Source of the DNA: a virus
DNA length: 64,000 nucleotides
IMG/VR virus record: IMGVR_UViG_3300021364_000012
Coordinates: 1-64,000 of that record
Strand: one strand, 5' to 3'
Of this stretch, positions 63,053 through 64,000 are shown piece by piece. The notes beneath the pieces were generated by a model that saw nothing but the letters and a program-made list of their open reading frames with translations, searched no databases and was not told the origin of the DNA. How positions within the stretch are numbered: the first letter of the stretch is position 1; every line of letters starts with the position of its first letter. The position numbers and the translations under genes are program-made.

Positions 63053-63997
63053 ATGTTGTCGTGGGACACAAAAGAGATATTTCTAAATAAGGTCAAATCA
63101 AAAGGCGGTTTTGCTTGTCACCACGCACATTTCGACAAGGCATATCTCATCAATGAAGAAGCTCTGGAAATATCCCAAAGCTCCTTACAAGAAAAATGGA
63201 AACTCTATCGGAAGTATAAGTCTGAGTACACAGAAGAAGACTTAGAAAGAAGAATGACCCTGTGCATAGAGAATATGATCTCTCAAGGTGCTAAATACTG
63301 TAAGACTTTTGTGGATGCAGATTCTATTGTGGGACTATTACCCGTAAAAGTAATGTCTTCTTTGAAAGAGAAATACAAAGAACAGATAAAGCTAGAAATC
63401 GCAATACAGCCCTTAGAGGGAGTCCTTAACCCTAAGACTCAAAAAACATTTATTGATGCGTGTGAGATTGCAGATGTTATTGGCGGTCTCCCCGACAGAG
63501 ACGAAAACCCAAGACAACACGTCGATTTCTTAATGGGACTTTCTAAAGAAATGAACAAGCCCATTGACATCCATGTAGGTCAAAACAACATCCCTTCAGA
63601 ACAAGAAACAGAGATGGTAGTGGATCGGATAACCTACCACCGATTAGAAGGAAGAGTTAATTTAGTACATGCGATTTCTCTTTCCTGTCAGCCTAAAAGA
63701 GACAGAGAAAGAATCATTTCTAAATTAAGAGACACAAATACAAGCGTTATTGTCTGTCCCTCAGCGGCTCTTAGTATGAAACAACAATCTGAGAAATATG
63801 CTCCAATACACAACTCAATAGCTCCTGTAATGGAGCTATTGGAGCAGGATGTGAATGTACTACTCGGAGTAGATAACATCCACGATCTCTTCATGCCTCT
63901 AGTAGATGGAGACCTCTACTTCGAGAGTCGCCTACTCATGGAAGCAATAAGATACTATGACTTAGATAAAATAGCAGAAATAGTATCTAAGTCTTAA
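63053..63997 (+). CDS. Amidohydrolase-superfamily deaminase, cytosine deaminase (CodA)-like
   Basis: H.HFDKA, D.HV, VHAISL, GVDN..D.F.P motifs; lacks the N-terminal beta domain. Confidence 0.8.
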   Translation: MLSWDTKEIFLNKVKSKGGFACHHAHFDKAYLINEEALEISQSSLQEKWKLYRKYKSEYTEEDLERRMTLCIENMISQGAKYCKTFVDADSIVGLLPVKVMSSLKEKYKEQIKLEIAIQPLEGVLNPKTQKTFIDACEIADVIGGLPDRDENPRQHVDFLMGLSKEMNKPIDIHVGQNNIPSEQETEMVVDRITYHRLEGRVNLVHAISLSCQPKRDRERIISKLRDTNTSVIVCPSAALSMKQQSEKYAPIHNSIAPVMELLEQDVNVLLGVDNIHDLFMPLVDGDLYFESRLLMEAIRYYDLDKIAEIVSKS

Positions 63998-64000
63998 GCC

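Noticed and set aside
369-63894. Numerous short antisense or alternative-frame ORFs in the track (e.g. 33395-33910, 25704-26147, 57705-58184)
   Set aside because: They lie within well-supported genes and have no motifs or RBS; treated as shadow ORFs
1-64000. Stop-codon reassignment (many genes end in TAG)
   Set aside because: Conserved genes are full length under code 11 and tightly packed; part of the TAG use is explained by overlap with the promoter motif
1-64000. tRNA, rRNA, integrase or transposase genes; host chromosomal flanks
   Set aside because: Intergenic gaps are short, no cloverleaf or recombinase motifs were recognised, and metabolic genes are interleaved with virion genes in phage style

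Overview
This window is part of a large, AT-rich, contractile-tailed (myovirus-type, probably jumbo) bacteriophage genome. Its host is a diderm: the phage encodes a lipoprotein and two outer-membrane beta-barrels, and the lipoprotein style hints at Myxococcota or Deltaproteobacteria. The minus strand carries the late/virion module: terS, terL with a LAGLIDADG intein, portal, prohead protease, scaffold, decoration protein, major capsid, a 1587-aa tail sheath and neck/adaptor genes. Metabolic genes are interspersed, mostly on the plus strand: tdk, type II glutamine synthetase, PIN-PhoH, purB-guaC-purA, a CodA-like deaminase and a sigma factor; thyX, dCMP deaminase, a Toprim primase and a class III cyclase are on the minus strand. 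The most striking unexplained structure is a candidate virion-cargo loading and maturation system. Many late genes encode modular 'polyproteins' (GNAT/PAP2/HExxH; Arg-rich/Dps; Cys-His domain/ParB) whose modules are separated by basic-x-Ala junctions. Several share leader motifs (LIRLA-x3-PELR; K[VI][AV]xRY[LM]). In one Ntn-hydrolase the predicted catalytic Cys sits directly after such a junction (KKA|C). These genes are preceded by a recurrent 12-bp motif, TAGT-N4-TTAT (candidate late promoter), often followed immediately by a hairpin that buries the Shine-Dalgarno site. All family assignments come from motif recognition, not database searches.
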